Shown: positions 16,695-27,500 of the stretch, in pieces
Layout: each line of letters begins with the position of its first letter
Numbering within the stretch: the first letter of the stretch is position 1
Origin: Trichodesmium erythraeum IMS101
Lineage (GTDB): Bacteria; Cyanobacteriota; Cyanobacteriia; Cyanobacteriales; Microcoleaceae
Assembly (NCBI RefSeq): GCF_000014265.1
Contig: NC_008312.1
Span: forward strand, 5,820,001 to 5,852,000
Length of the DNA: 32,000 nt
Direction of reading: 5' to 3'
Made by a program: the position numbers and the translations under genes
Notes under the pieces: model-generated
Told to the model about the DNA's origin: nothing
Databases searched by the model: none
The model's input: only the letters and a program-made list of their open reading frames with translations

Positions 16695-19600
16695 ATGACT
16701 TATTCTGAAACAAGCGAGCAGTACTATATATCAGAGGATGTAAAAAAAAGAATACAAGAAGCTAAATATCAAAAGCTTAAGTGGTTATATTTAAGCGGGT
16801 GTAAATTAACTGAAGTTCCTGGTGATGTTTGGGAATTAGAGCAGTTAGAAGTATTAGATTTAGGCAGCAATGAATTAACAAGTCTGCCGGAATCAATTGG
16901 CAAACTCTCCAATTTAACTTCGCTTTATTTAGTCAATAATAAATTAACAAGTCTGCCGGAATCAATCACCAAACTCTCCAATTTAACTGAGCTTTATTTA
17001 GATGGCAATCAATTAACAAGTCTGCCGGAATCAATCACCAAACTCTCCAATTTAACTGAGCTTTATTTAAGTGTTAATAAATTAACAAGTCTGCCGGAAT
17101 CAATTGGCAAACTCTCCAATTTAACTTCGCTTGATTTAGGTGGTAATCAATTAACAAGTCTGCCGGAATCAATCACCAAACTCTCCAATTTAACTGAGCT
17201 TTATTTAGGTCACAATCAATTAACAAGTCTGCCGGAATCAATCACCAAATTATCCAATTTAACTGAGCTTTATTTAGGTCACAATCAATTAACAAGTCTG
17301 CCGGAATCAATCACCAAATTATCCAATTTAACTTCGCTTGATTTAAGCTGGAATAAATTAACAAGTCTGCCGGAATCAATCACCAAACTATCCAATTTAA
17401 CTTCGCTTTATTTAGGTAGTAATCAATTAACAAGTCTGCCGGAATCAATCACCACACTCTCCAATTTAACTGTGCTTGATTTAGGTAGTAATCAATTAAC
17501 AAGTATGCCGGAATCAATCACCAAACTCTCCAATTTAACTGAGCTTTATTTAGATGGCAATCAATTAACAAGACTGCCGGAATCAATCACCAAACTCTCC
17601 AATTTAACTAAGCTTGATTTAAGGAATAATCAATTAACAAGACTGCCGGAATCAATCACCAAACTCTCCAATTTAACTAAGCTTAATTTAAGCTGGAATA
17701 AATTAACAAGTCTGCCGGAATCAATTGGCAAACTCTCCAATTTAACTTCGCTTTATTTAAGGGATAATCAATTAACAATTCTGCCGGAATCAATCACCAC
17801 ACTCTCCAATTTAGGATGGCTTTATTTAAACAATAACCCCCTCGAAAACCCACCAATAGAAATTGCTACAAAAGGAATACAAGAAATTAGAGACTATTTC
17901 CAGCAAGAACGAGAAAAAGGAATAGATTATATCTATGAAGCAAAGTTACTAATTGTTGGAGAAGGTGGAGCCGGCAAAACAACTTTAGCAAATAAAATTC
18001 TCGACCAAAACTATCAACTCAAAGATGAAGATACAACCAAAGGAATTGAAGTTCATCAGTACAAATTTCAGACAAAAAACCAAAATGACTTTCAAATAAA
18101 TATTTGGGATTTTGGCGGACAAGAAATTTATCACGCTACCCACCAATTTTTCCTGACCAAACGCTCCCTATATACCCTTGTCGCTGATACCCGCAAAGAA
18201 GATACAGACTTTTATTATTGGCTCAATGTAGTAGAATTATTAAGCGGTAATAGCCCCTTATTAATAGTTAAAAATGAGAAACAAGAACGGAAACGAGAAA
18301 TTAATCAACGGGCATTACAAGGGCAATTTACTAATATTAAAGAAGTCTTAGCTACCAACCTTAAAACTAATCGTGGCTTAGAAGAAATTATCAGAGAAAT
18401 CGAACATCATATTAGTAAGTTACCCCATGTTGGCAGTCGTTTACCTAAAACTTGGAAACAAGTCCGGGAAATATTAGAATTAGATTCCCGTAACTATATT
18501 AGTCTAGAAGAATATTTATCTATTTGTGAACAAAATGGCTTTGAAAAAAGGGAATATAAATTACAATTAAGTGGCTATTTACACGACTTAGGAATTTGTC
18601 TTCATTTTCAGGATGACCCACTCTTAAATAAAACAGTTATTCTCAAACCAGAATGGGGAACAGCGGCAGTTTATAAAGCCTTAGATAATCAGACAGTTCG
18701 TAATAATTTCGGCGAATTCACCAAAGATGATTTAGCCAATATCTGGAATGAAGAAAAATATGTGAATATGCGGGATGAACTGCTGCAATTAATGATTAGA
18801 TTTAAACTTTGTTATAAAATTTATGGCAATTCTCAGACCTATATTGCTCCTCAACTCTTAACAGAAAATCAACCAGAATATGACTGGGATGAAAGTAATA
18901 ATTTGATTTTACGTTACACCTACGAATTTCTGCCCAAAGGAATTATTACTCAGTTTATTGTAGCTATGCATAAAGATATTGAAGAACAGAAATATGTCTG
19001 GAAAAGCGGAGTTATTCTCAAGAAAAATGAAACAAGAGCAGAAGTAATTGAATATTACAACATAAGAGAAATAAAAATCAGAGTTTCTGGGCGGGAAAAA
19101 CAGTATTTAATGACTATCGTAACTTACGAATTCGATAAAATTCACAGTTCCTATAATAATCGACTAAAATATAATCAGTTAATTCCTTGTAATTGTAATG
19201 TTTGTCAAAATAATCAGAACCCAACATCATACAAATTTGAAATTTTAAAGAACCGAATAAATAATGGTAAGGAAACAATTGAATGTGATTATCCTCCCTT
19301 CTATGAAGTTAATATAAAAAGCTTAATTGATGATGTAATAAATATAAGTGAGTATGATAAACTCTCACAGTCTAACTCTCATCCAAATAATGTATATAAT
19401 AAATATTATAGTTATACTAATTATGGCGGAGACTGGAATATAGACGCCAAAGACACTAATAGTCAAATTATGGGAAATAAAACCATGAATAAAAACATTG
19501 ACAAAAGCCGAAAAATCGAAAATAAAGACGGAAATATTACAGGTAATGTACTGGGTGACGAAAGTAATATCGAAGGAAATATAACCACACATTCTCCGGC

Positions 19601-19820
19601 GCCAAAAACCGAAAAACCCGATAAATTTGGATGGCTAGATTTTTTGACTTGGGCGCAGAATGGGCAAATGATTTTCTATTTAGCTTCTGCCACTATCGGC
19701 ATTTTTGTACTTATTATTTATCCGAAACTATTTCCATCTGGTTTCCCTAAATTAATAGAGAAAGTTCAAGAGATATTTCCAGCTCCGCAAGAAGAAATTG
19801 AGTCCGAACAAAATCAATAA
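16695..19820 (+). CDS. ROCO-family protein: about 16 leucine-rich repeats, Roc (Ras-like) GTPase, COR domain, Cys-cluster segment, Asn-rich low-complexity region and a C-terminal TM helix
   Basis: 23-aa LRR units LSNLTxLxLxxNxLTSLPESITK. P-loop GEGGAGKTT (DNA 17958-17981). Switch II DFGGQE. COR-like LPKTWKQVRE...LHDLGICLHFQDDPLLNKTVILKPEW. CNCNVCQ...ECDYPP. TM segment MIFYLASATIGIFVLIIYPKLF. Confidence 0.9.
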   Translation: MTYSETSEQYYISEDVKKRIQEAKYQKLKWLYLSGCKLTEVPGDVWELEQLEVLDLGSNELTSLPESIGKLSNLTSLYLVNNKLTSLPESITKLSNLTELYLDGNQLTSLPESITKLSNLTELYLSVNKLTSLPESIGKLSNLTSLDLGGNQLTSLPESITKLSNLTELYLGHNQLTSLPESITKLSNLTELYLGHNQLTSLPESITKLSNLTSLDLSWNKLTSLPESITKLSNLTSLYLGSNQLTSLPESITTLSNLTVLDLGSNQLTSMPESITKLSNLTELYLDGNQLTRLPESITKLSNLTKLDLRNNQLTRLPESITKLSNLTKLNLSWNKLTSLPESIGKLSNLTSLYLRDNQLTILPESITTLSNLGWLYLNNNPLENPPIEIATKGIQEIRDYFQQEREKGIDYIYEAKLLIVGEGGAGKTTLANKILDQNYQLKDEDTTKGIEVHQYKFQTKNQNDFQINIWDFGGQEIYHATHQFFLTKRSLYTLVADTRKEDTDFYYWLNVVELLSGNSPLLIVKNEKQERKREINQRALQGQFTNIKEVLATNLKTNRGLEEIIREIEHHISKLPHVGSRLPKTWKQVREILELDSRNYISLEEYLSICEQNGFEKREYKLQLSGYLHDLGICLHFQDDPLLNKTVILKPEWGTAAVYKALDNQTVRNNFGEFTKDDLANIWNEEKYVNMRDELLQLMIRFKLCYKIYGNSQTYIAPQLLTENQPEYDWDESNNLILRYTYEFLPKGIITQFIVAMHKDIEEQKYVWKSGVILKKNETRAEVIEYYNIREIKIRVSGREKQYLMTIVTYEFDKIHSSYNNRLKYNQLIPCNCNVCQNNQNPTSYKFEILKNRINNGKETIECDYPPFYEVNIKSLIDDVINISEYDKLSQSNSHPNNVYNKYYSYTNYGGDWNIDAKDTNSQIMGNKTMNKNIDKSRKIENKDGNITGNVLGDESNIEGNITTHSPAPKTEKPDKFGWLDFLTWAQNGQMIFYLASATIGIFVLIIYPKLFPSGFPKLIEKVQEIFPAPQEEIESEQNQ
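16860..17830 (+). repeat. Intragenic 69-bp tandem array (about 14 units) encoding the LRRs, highly homogenised at DNA level
   Basis: The 45-nt block ttaacaagtctgccggaatcaatcaccaaactctccaatttaact recurs verbatim at least three times (about 16944, 17013 and 17151). Near-identical copies occur throughout. Confidence 0.95.
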
Positions 19821-19991
19821 TATCTAAGAGATTAAACCCTATTTCTCACTAACTAACTTGACAAACTTTGAAAACTAAATTGGAAGTCAAAAATTGAGCT
19901 TTAGCAAAAATTAGAAAAACCTTAGCTCAGTATATTCTCTTTTTCTGAAAGTTCCCTATAAAATTATCTGAAACTAACAGAAAAATCCTAT

Positions 19992-21062
19992 TCAAGACTT
20001 GGGCTGATAAATATTTTCCCAAGAATGATCCGAATTAATTTCTATCACTAAATCTACCAACTCTTGATTATTGATAAGTGGCTTAATAAACAACTCTGGA
20101 TGTAATGCTTGCCAAAAATAATCCACAAACCTTTCAATTTCATCATCGCTCATTCCAGATTTTCCTAAAGCAATCATTTGTTTTTCTGCTTCCTTTCGCC
20201 ATTTTTTAGAAAAACGATAATCAGTAGGATATAAAATAATTAAACTATCTAACCTTTCCCAAAGAGGTAAATATTGCATCAAATTTTTATTCATATCACG
20301 GGCAAACTTTCGGTCTGCCTCTGTAATAATTGGTAGTAGTTTTGCCATATCAAAAACTTTATCCTCAACGGGTCGAACTCCCACAAACCAACCCTCAAAT
20401 AAAATAATATCAACCTTACTTACTATTTCCGGTTCAACTCGATCTCCAGCACCATTAAAAAGAGACTTATTAAATCTAGGAATAGCAATTAAACCATCAG
20501 AATTTTCACTTTTAGATTGACGTAACTTATCCAAAACTTCAATTCCTAAACTAACATCATGGGTGCCAGGAGGACCGCGCCAAATTAATCTCGAATCTTG
20601 CCTTTGTAAAAGTTGACGTTCAGCGTAAGTTTTATAAATATCATCAATAGAAAAGCTAATAGTTTTATATCCAAGCTTATCTAAAACTAACACTAAAATT
20701 TTTGCCAGAGTAGTCTTACCAGTTCCTTGCCCCCCTAAAATTCCTTGAATGAATGGGCGACTTAAACCTTGACATTTACTAGCTAACTTTATTCCTAAAG
20801 GTAACCATAATTTCCATAAAATTGCTAAAGTATTATAGTCTCTGAGAGGAAACTTATCATAGTCAGAAATTACAGACTGAAATAGAAGCGATCGCTCCAT
20901 AATTACTTCCCTCACATTAGCCGAAGTAATATTAAAAACATGAGCACGTTTTTTATCTATTAATTCCTGACTTGCTAAAATTTCTAATTCTTTTTTCTCC
21001 AGAGAATTACCCTGCTGTAAAAACTGTAAAATTTGCCCTACTTCAAAATCAAAAAAACCCAT
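19992..21062 (-). CDS. P-loop kinase resembling plant/cyanobacterial D-glycerate 3-kinase (GLYK)
   Basis: Walker A GGQGTGKTT; FSIDDIYKTYAERQ; WRGPPGTHD; IPRFNKSLFNGAGDR...ILFEGWFVG. This parallels the GLYK motif order as I remember it. The family assignment is from memory only. Confidence 0.65.
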   Translation of the reverse strand: MGFFDFEVGQILQFLQQGNSLEKKELEILASQELIDKKRAHVFNITSANVREVIMERSLLFQSVISDYDKFPLRDYNTLAILWKLWLPLGIKLASKCQGLSRPFIQGILGGQGTGKTTLAKILVLVLDKLGYKTISFSIDDIYKTYAERQLLQRQDSRLIWRGPPGTHDVSLGIEVLDKLRQSKSENSDGLIAIPRFNKSLFNGAGDRVEPEIVSKVDIILFEGWFVGVRPVEDKVFDMAKLLPIITEADRKFARDMNKNLMQYLPLWERLDSLIILYPTDYRFSKKWRKEAEKQMIALGKSGMSDDEIERFVDYFWQALHPELFIKPLINNQELVDLVIEINSDHSWENIYQPKS

Positions 21063-21422
21063 AAAAATTATAGATACTATCTAAGAATTAAGCTAAATAC
21101 TTATAACATCATATCCTTTTTCAAATTAATAAAGTAGCTACTTAATAAGAGGCAAAAACCTATTTTTTTTTTCAGATACTTAGCTAAGTGTAAAAATCGT
21201 CAAAATTTTCAGACAAAAAATTCTGTAAAACTCATATTAAAATTCAAAATATGAGAAAAAAATCTAGATAAACTAGGTAAACAGCTAGCCATTGAAAACT
21301 TACTAGCAAATCAAAAAAGAAACTGTGCTATTATAGTCAATAATAATTATAAAAATAGCACCACAGAAAAGAAACCCAAACAAACTAATAACCCATAACT
21401 GATACCTAATAACTAATAACCC

Positions 21423-21755
21423 TTAAGAACCTAACTTAAAAGCCTCCAAAAATAGACCATAAATAAAACCTATTTTCAAACTATTTAAAATATCTATTAT
21501 CAAAAAACGTGCTACTTTCCCTCTGCGACCATAAACCAACCAGTTTAATGCCTCAGTAATGAACAAACAAGCTAAAGTATATAAAACATCTAAATATCCT
21601 TCTTGCCCAGCAATAGTAGAAACGGCACTTGCTGCAAAATTACCAAACAACAAACTAATAAGTAATATAGAAATTCGACGCCAAGGATTAACCAACCATT
21701 GTTCAAACCTCTTAAGAATAACATTAAATAATCTATTAAGACGGGTACTTTGCAT
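21423..21755 (-). CDS. ycf20: Ycf20-like (DUF565) small membrane protein
   Basis: 110 aa. Two or three hydrophobic segments with LLISLLFGNFAASAVSTIAGQEGYLD...ITEALNWLVY, resembling the Ycf20 pattern. Confidence 0.55.
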   Translation of the reverse strand: MQSTRLNRLFNVILKRFEQWLVNPWRRISILLISLLFGNFAASAVSTIAGQEGYLDVLYTLACLFITEALNWLVYGRRGKVARFLIIDILNSLKIGFIYGLFLEAFKLGS

Positions 21756-22270
21756 AAATGATATTAAATATATTTTTAATTTCTATAAATCTCAAATTAA
21801 AGATACTAATATTAGTTTAATACAAGTAGGTGCACAAAGTTAATTACACTTATATGTGAGACCGAACATCTTATATTATATACCTCACGTCAAACTAGAA
21901 TAAGTCAATAATTTTGTCTAGGTCTTCAGCAAAACCACAACCTATAATATTTCCGGTCAAAAAAATCAGGATACTTAATTATCCTATAAAAGTTTTCTAC
22001 ATTTTCTTTAGCTGGAAAATAGGGGGGGATACTCATTAAAAATTATTATTTCTTAGCCCAAGTAAGTACAAAAAAATAATTACATATTTTTCAGACCAAA
22101 TCCCTTATACAAAAAGCACCATATCAAATTACTCTAGGTAAACAATGAGTGTAATAGTACCAATTCTTTTTCTAAAGTTAATTTAAAGACCATAAAAACA
22201 ATAGCTACTTGACAAAAATCCAGCTAAATTAGAACTTAAGCATTAAAACTTATAAGAGTAAATTATCTAA

Positions 22271-24271
22271 ATGAAACTAATACAACAGTTAGAAAATTTC
22301 AAAAAAATTAAAGCCAAACAAAAAAAATATCTTTTAATATTAACACTTTCTATTTTATACCTCTGTTTACTTGCTTCCTTAGCCTTCTTCTATAACCTTG
22401 GTAATATTGGTTTAATTGATGAAACAGAACCAATTTTTGCCGAAACTGCTCGTCAAATGGTAAAAACTGGAGATTGGATTACACCTTATTTTAATGGAGA
22501 AACTCGCTTTGATAAACCACCTTTAATTTATTGGTTAATAGCAATTTCTTATCATCTTTTTGGTATTAATGAATGGTCTGTCCGTCTCCCATCAGCAATA
22601 TCTGGAACCGGCTTAATGTGCCTTGGTTTTTATACCCTCTACAGATATGGTTATTATCACCTGAATCCTCAAATATATACCCCTAAAAATAAACTTTTAA
22701 TAGTGAAATTATTAATAGGATATATTGGGGCAGCGATGATAGCCATAAATCCAGAAACTATTGTTTGGGGACGTATAGGAGTTTCTGATATGTTATTAAC
22801 AAGCTGTATGTGTTCAGCACTACTAGCCTTTTTTATAGGATATGCTTCACAAACAGAAAATGCTCTTATACATCAGCAAAAAAACAGCAAAATCATCATA
22901 CAGAAAACCTCTTATTTACCAAATCAAAATCAATCCTCAAAACCTAGAAAATCTCCCCTATTCAACAAGTGGTATTTAGCCTTTTATATACTAATATCTT
23001 TAGCAGTTCTCACCAAAGGTCCCATTGGAATTGTTTTACCAGGAATAATTATTGGTTCCTTTTTATTATATGTAGGTAGACTTTTTAAAGTCTTGCAAGA
23101 AATCAAAATTTGGTATGGAATTTTAATTTTTTTTACCATTACATTCCCTTGGTATTATCTAGTTACCTTGGTAAATGGAAAAGAATACATTGATAGTTTT
23201 TTTGGGTATCACAATTTTGAACGTTTTACCAGAGTTGTGAATCACCATCAAGGACCGTGGTATTTTTACTTTTTAGTCGTACTAATTGGTTTCGCTCCCT
23301 GGTCTATTTATTTACCAGTAGCCATAGCTAAAACTAAGTTTTGGCAACCCTATTATTGGCGTCATAAACCGAGAAATAAACAGTTAGGTTTATTTGCCTT
23401 TTTCTGGTTTATTTGTATCTTTGCTTTCTTCTCCATCTCTGCTACTAAACTACCTAGCTATGTCTTACCAATAATGCCCGCCGCAGCAATATTATTAGCA
23501 CTATTTTGGAGTAATATTATTCTTCACAGATATTCTCTATCTAGTCAGACTAATAAACCTGAAAATAACTCCACTCAATCATCATTTAAAGCCACAAATA
23601 ACCCTACTCAACCTATTTCCAGATTAACGAGAAATACTTCTAAATCAAAAAGTAAATTTTTATCTTTCTCAGTTGTCGCCAACATTATTTTTTTGTTGAT
23701 TTTAGCCTTAGCAATTATCTACAGTTTTAACTGGTTAGATAGAGACCCAGCCATGCCATATTTCTCAGAAATAATTAGAAAATCTGGCTTATTAATTCGT
23801 GGTGGCTTAATTTTAATAACCACAGCAATAGTCATTGGATTTTTTGTCATAAAAAAACAAAATTCTTGGGTTTGGAGTGCTAATTTTATTGGGTTAGTAG
23901 CTTGTTTAATTTTTACTATTAACCCGATCATGTTTTTAGTAGATCAAGAACGTCAATTACCTTTACGTCAGCTAGCTCAAACTATTATTCAAGCCAGACA
24001 ACCAGGAGAAGAAATAATTATGGTTAGCTTTGAAAAACCTAGTTTAGTTTTTTATACTAGGCAACAAGTAAAATTTTTTCGACGTGCTACAGATGCCAGA
24101 GAATATCTAGGGAAAAATCTCTCAAAAAACTCTTCTGATAATGTATTGATAATTGGCTACCCAAAAAAGTTTATTCATATAGGATTAAAACCAGGGCAAT
24201 ATCAATATTTAGACAGTCGTGGTGCTTATCAATTAGGTAAAGCTCCTAAAAATATCTTTTTACCAAAATAA
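22271..24271 (+). CDS. Polytopic glycosyltransferase of the ArnT/PMT (GT39-like) family
   Basis: An N-terminal TM helix is followed by the loop IDETEPIFAETARQMVKTGDWITPYFNGETRFDKPPLIYWLIA, typical of ArnT-like enzymes. There are more than 10 hydrophobic helices and two Asn/Ser/Gln-rich inserts. Confidence 0.8.
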   Translation: MKLIQQLENFKKIKAKQKKYLLILTLSILYLCLLASLAFFYNLGNIGLIDETEPIFAETARQMVKTGDWITPYFNGETRFDKPPLIYWLIAISYHLFGINEWSVRLPSAISGTGLMCLGFYTLYRYGYYHLNPQIYTPKNKLLIVKLLIGYIGAAMIAINPETIVWGRIGVSDMLLTSCMCSALLAFFIGYASQTENALIHQQKNSKIIIQKTSYLPNQNQSSKPRKSPLFNKWYLAFYILISLAVLTKGPIGIVLPGIIIGSFLLYVGRLFKVLQEIKIWYGILIFFTITFPWYYLVTLVNGKEYIDSFFGYHNFERFTRVVNHHQGPWYFYFLVVLIGFAPWSIYLPVAIAKTKFWQPYYWRHKPRNKQLGLFAFFWFICIFAFFSISATKLPSYVLPIMPAAAILLALFWSNIILHRYSLSSQTNKPENNSTQSSFKATNNPTQPISRLTRNTSKSKSKFLSFSVVANIIFLLILALAIIYSFNWLDRDPAMPYFSEIIRKSGLLIRGGLILITTAIVIGFFVIKKQNSWVWSANFIGLVACLIFTINPIMFLVDQERQLPLRQLAQTIIQARQPGEEIIMVSFEKPSLVFYTRQQVKFFRRATDAREYLGKNLSKNSSDNVLIIGYPKKFIHIGLKPGQYQYLDSRGAYQLGKAPKNIFLPK

Positions 24272-24585
24272 GCCAGTAGAACTGACACCTTCCTTGCTTA
24301 TTGCTTGCTGATAGTGTAGCGGAAATACCCCACGCGTTTACCCTGGGAAATATGGCAATAGGGTTAGCCAAATTATTTTGGATCCACTGATAATGTATAT
24401 TTTTCCGCTACTCCCGACTCTCTAATTTTTGCTCTCTAATCTCTGAAAAACATTAAATTAATTTAACATAAATACTTGTACTTACTCAACAACTTTCAAG
24501 AACTATTTACCAACAGAAAATTAACAGATACTTATCTCTCAGGCTACAAAAATTACAGCAAAAATATTGAAGACTTTCCTCTTTT

Positions 24586-27500
24586 CTATTCCCTTATTAA
24601 ATGACCCTTAATTTCCTCCAATAAATCAGCTATTGATAAATCAAAAGGTAAAATTTTTCTCGCAATCTTACTTAAGGCTAAATTGAGATTTTCTAGTGTC
24701 ATATTTTTGGGTAATTGATAATTAGGATACTTTAACACTAATATAGGAGGTTTTGTAACTATTTTGTCTAAATCAAACAATGCTTTATCTAAAGCAGACG
24801 GTAAATTTCCCCGTAAACAAATTAATAATAAATCTACACTCTGATTTTGTAATTGTGACAAAACTTCAACCCAAGATTTAGCAATTAAACCTTTAAATCC
24901 ATAAGTTTGAATATACTGAACTAATACCTGTGTACTTTCAATTGGTAATTTTGTTTGTTGAAAATTATTTATATTTTGATTAGCCACCTCTAAATCAGAA
25001 ATAAAATTGGGAAAATTGGAATAATTCAAACTATCTTTTAAGTTTATATTCTTTTGTTCTGAGGTAAAATCTGATAAATCAACAACACTTTCCTCAGAAA
25101 AAACCTCTGTCAAAGGTACTATAAAATCTTTGATATTTGCTACATCCATAACCAATATAGTAGGTAGCCAACTCATGCCTGCAGCAATAGAAATCACTTG
25201 ACATAATCGCGAATTAAAATATTCATAATTAAGCTTCCTTTCGGTTAAATAATTATCATTTTTATCAAAAGCCAAATAAGGAAACACAGACAATTTTTTG
25301 ACTTGATTAGCAGCTTGAGTAATTTCGGAATCCATAGTTACCAAAGGAATAGCCGCCAAAGCAGAATATTGACTTAACTTGTTAATAAATTCAACCGGAG
25401 TCATTGAATTATATCTTCTTTCTATAAGGATAACATTAGGCTGCCAAATCTTAGCAAGTAAATTAGCTTGAGCTAAATCATCTGCCTCTATTATTCTGTA
25501 TTCAGTAGGAAGCGAAAAAAACTTATCCTCATAAATAGAATCTTCTGTCATAGGCTGCTTAAAATCATAACTACCAGGAATTAAACGGAGAATTACTAAC
25601 TTTTGATAATCCTGTTTCTTTGATGGTAAATCAGTAAATTCTGTTAATACTTCTTCTAACGCTGATAGTTCTACAGGTAAACTTAAAAATTGATTCGCTC
25701 CATTAACTATCCCTCGTTCCTTCTCTCCTATTGTAGAAGTTATTACCACAGGAATATGACAAGTATCAGTATCCTTTTTCAGAAGAGTTAACACATCCCA
25801 ACCTGATAACAGTGGCAATAATGGATTGAGAAATATTAACTTTGGTTGTAACTTTCGCGCCTTTTCAACTGCTTCTGTACCAGAACGTGCAATAACAACT
25901 CGATAACCATTACCTGTTAATTTATTTTTTAAATCTTCAATAAACCCCGGAACCGCTTCAACAATTAGAACTAAACGAGATGAATAATTAACGACAGGTA
26001 AATGGTAATTATTAACAGGTAACTTACTATCTTTTTTCCTACGAACTTCATTTTCTTTAGTAGGAATTAATCCCTGTTCTTTGAGATAATCATTTGTTTC
26101 CCATCCTTCAATTCTTAAATCCTTTGGAGGTGGAATAGGTGGTAATATTAATGTAAACTCACTTCCTTTACCTTCCTGAGAAATGAAAGTAACATCCCCA
26201 CCATGTAAACGAGCTAAACGTTGAGTTAATACTAAACCTAAACCAGTTCCTTCAAACTCACGAATCAAAGGATTTTCTAATTGTTGAAACTTTTGAAAAA
26301 TCAAATGTTGCTTGTTTGCTGGTATACCAATACCAAAATCCCAAACAGTAAAAGTTATCCACTTTTCCCATCTAGCTACTTTCAATCCCATCTTGCCATC
26401 TATTGGAGTAAACTTCAAAGCATTAGATAATAAATTTACCAACATCTGACGCAAACGCAACTCATCTGCAATTATAATATCTAGATCCTTCTCTATTTCT
26501 AAAGTATACTTAGCTCGGATAGAATCACTAAATATAGCAGAAGATTGACCTTGAGGACGCTTATGCTGAAGTTGTAAAGCCTCCTGAAAAGCGCGATCGC
26601 AAACTTTCCGAATTTCAACTGGTTCTGGGATCAACTCCATTTGACCAGTTTCCATGCGAGTTAAATCTAGAATATCATTAATCACAGCCATTAAATGACG
26701 GCCACTCTGATGGATAAGTGTAGCATAATGAGTTTGACGTTTATTGAGAGCTCCCAGAGTCTGATCTTTCAATAAACTAGATAAACCCAGTACAGCAGTT
26801 AACGGTGTTTTTAATTCATGGCTAATACAAGCCAAGAACTCGTCCTTAAGTCGGTTAAGCCGAATCAAATCAGTATTTTTATCCTGTAATTCCTTTGCCA
26901 CCAAGTGTTGTTTTGTGACATCCTGAGCTAAAACTAACGTCAGGTCAAACAATTGCTGACTACTAAAGTGCCATACTCGTTCTTGACCATTTTTTTGAGG
27001 ACAAGTACAAACATAAGTACCTGGATGAGTATAATAACACCAACTAGAAGCAGAATTTGACTGTGGAACCTGAGCTCGTTTTTGTAAAAGTTTAGCAGGG
27101 GAAACCCTCCCATTAGTTTTTATTGGACACGAAAATGCAACACCATCTTCCAAGATAGCTATAGAGTCTGGTATTTTGGCTTGTGTCGGCTGTTGTTGAG
27201 TATTTTTAGTATTTTTAGCCAATAAACCCATAACTGCATCTACAATTTCTATTAAATCCGGTTCTTTTCCGATATGAGAACGCCATGCTAAATTCTGATT
27301 TATTACTTTGCCATCATTGCTCTGTAACATCAGAGGTAGAGGTAATTTTTCTAAAAGCTCTATTAATGAATAGATATAGGAAGAAGTCTCTACTTTTTCT
27401 TGCTTTTCTTGTTCTTGATCAAGCAAATCTTTTGTAACTATTTGCTCCACTTCTGGCGAATTTTCTAATTCAGAGATATTTAGCTTCAGGTTCTCAGTTG

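Noticed and set aside
16836-17868. Diversity-generating retroelement as the source of LRR variability
   Set aside because: The window has no reverse transcriptase gene and no template repeat. The variable codons show no adenine-specific pattern that I could see. Intragenic recombination is the simpler explanation.
19365-19592. 75-aa minus-strand ORF inside the ROCO gene
   Set aside because: It is antisense to the Asn-rich low-complexity coding segment, and its Ile/Phe-rich composition is an artefact.
21559-21843. 94-aa + strand ORF overlapping the Ycf20-like gene
   Set aside because: It is antisense to a gene with a recognisable family pattern, and the ORF itself has no motif.
23719-23931. 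70-aa minus-strand ORF inside the glycosyltransferase gene
   Set aside because: Antisense shadow ORF.
24316-24411. 10-bp inverted repeat gtagcggaaa / tttccgctac enclosing two small hairpins between convergent genes (possible sRNA or MITE)
   Set aside because: Inverted repeats of 10 bp within 100 nt are expected several times per 32 kb by chance. It matches no known RNA motif that I could recognise.
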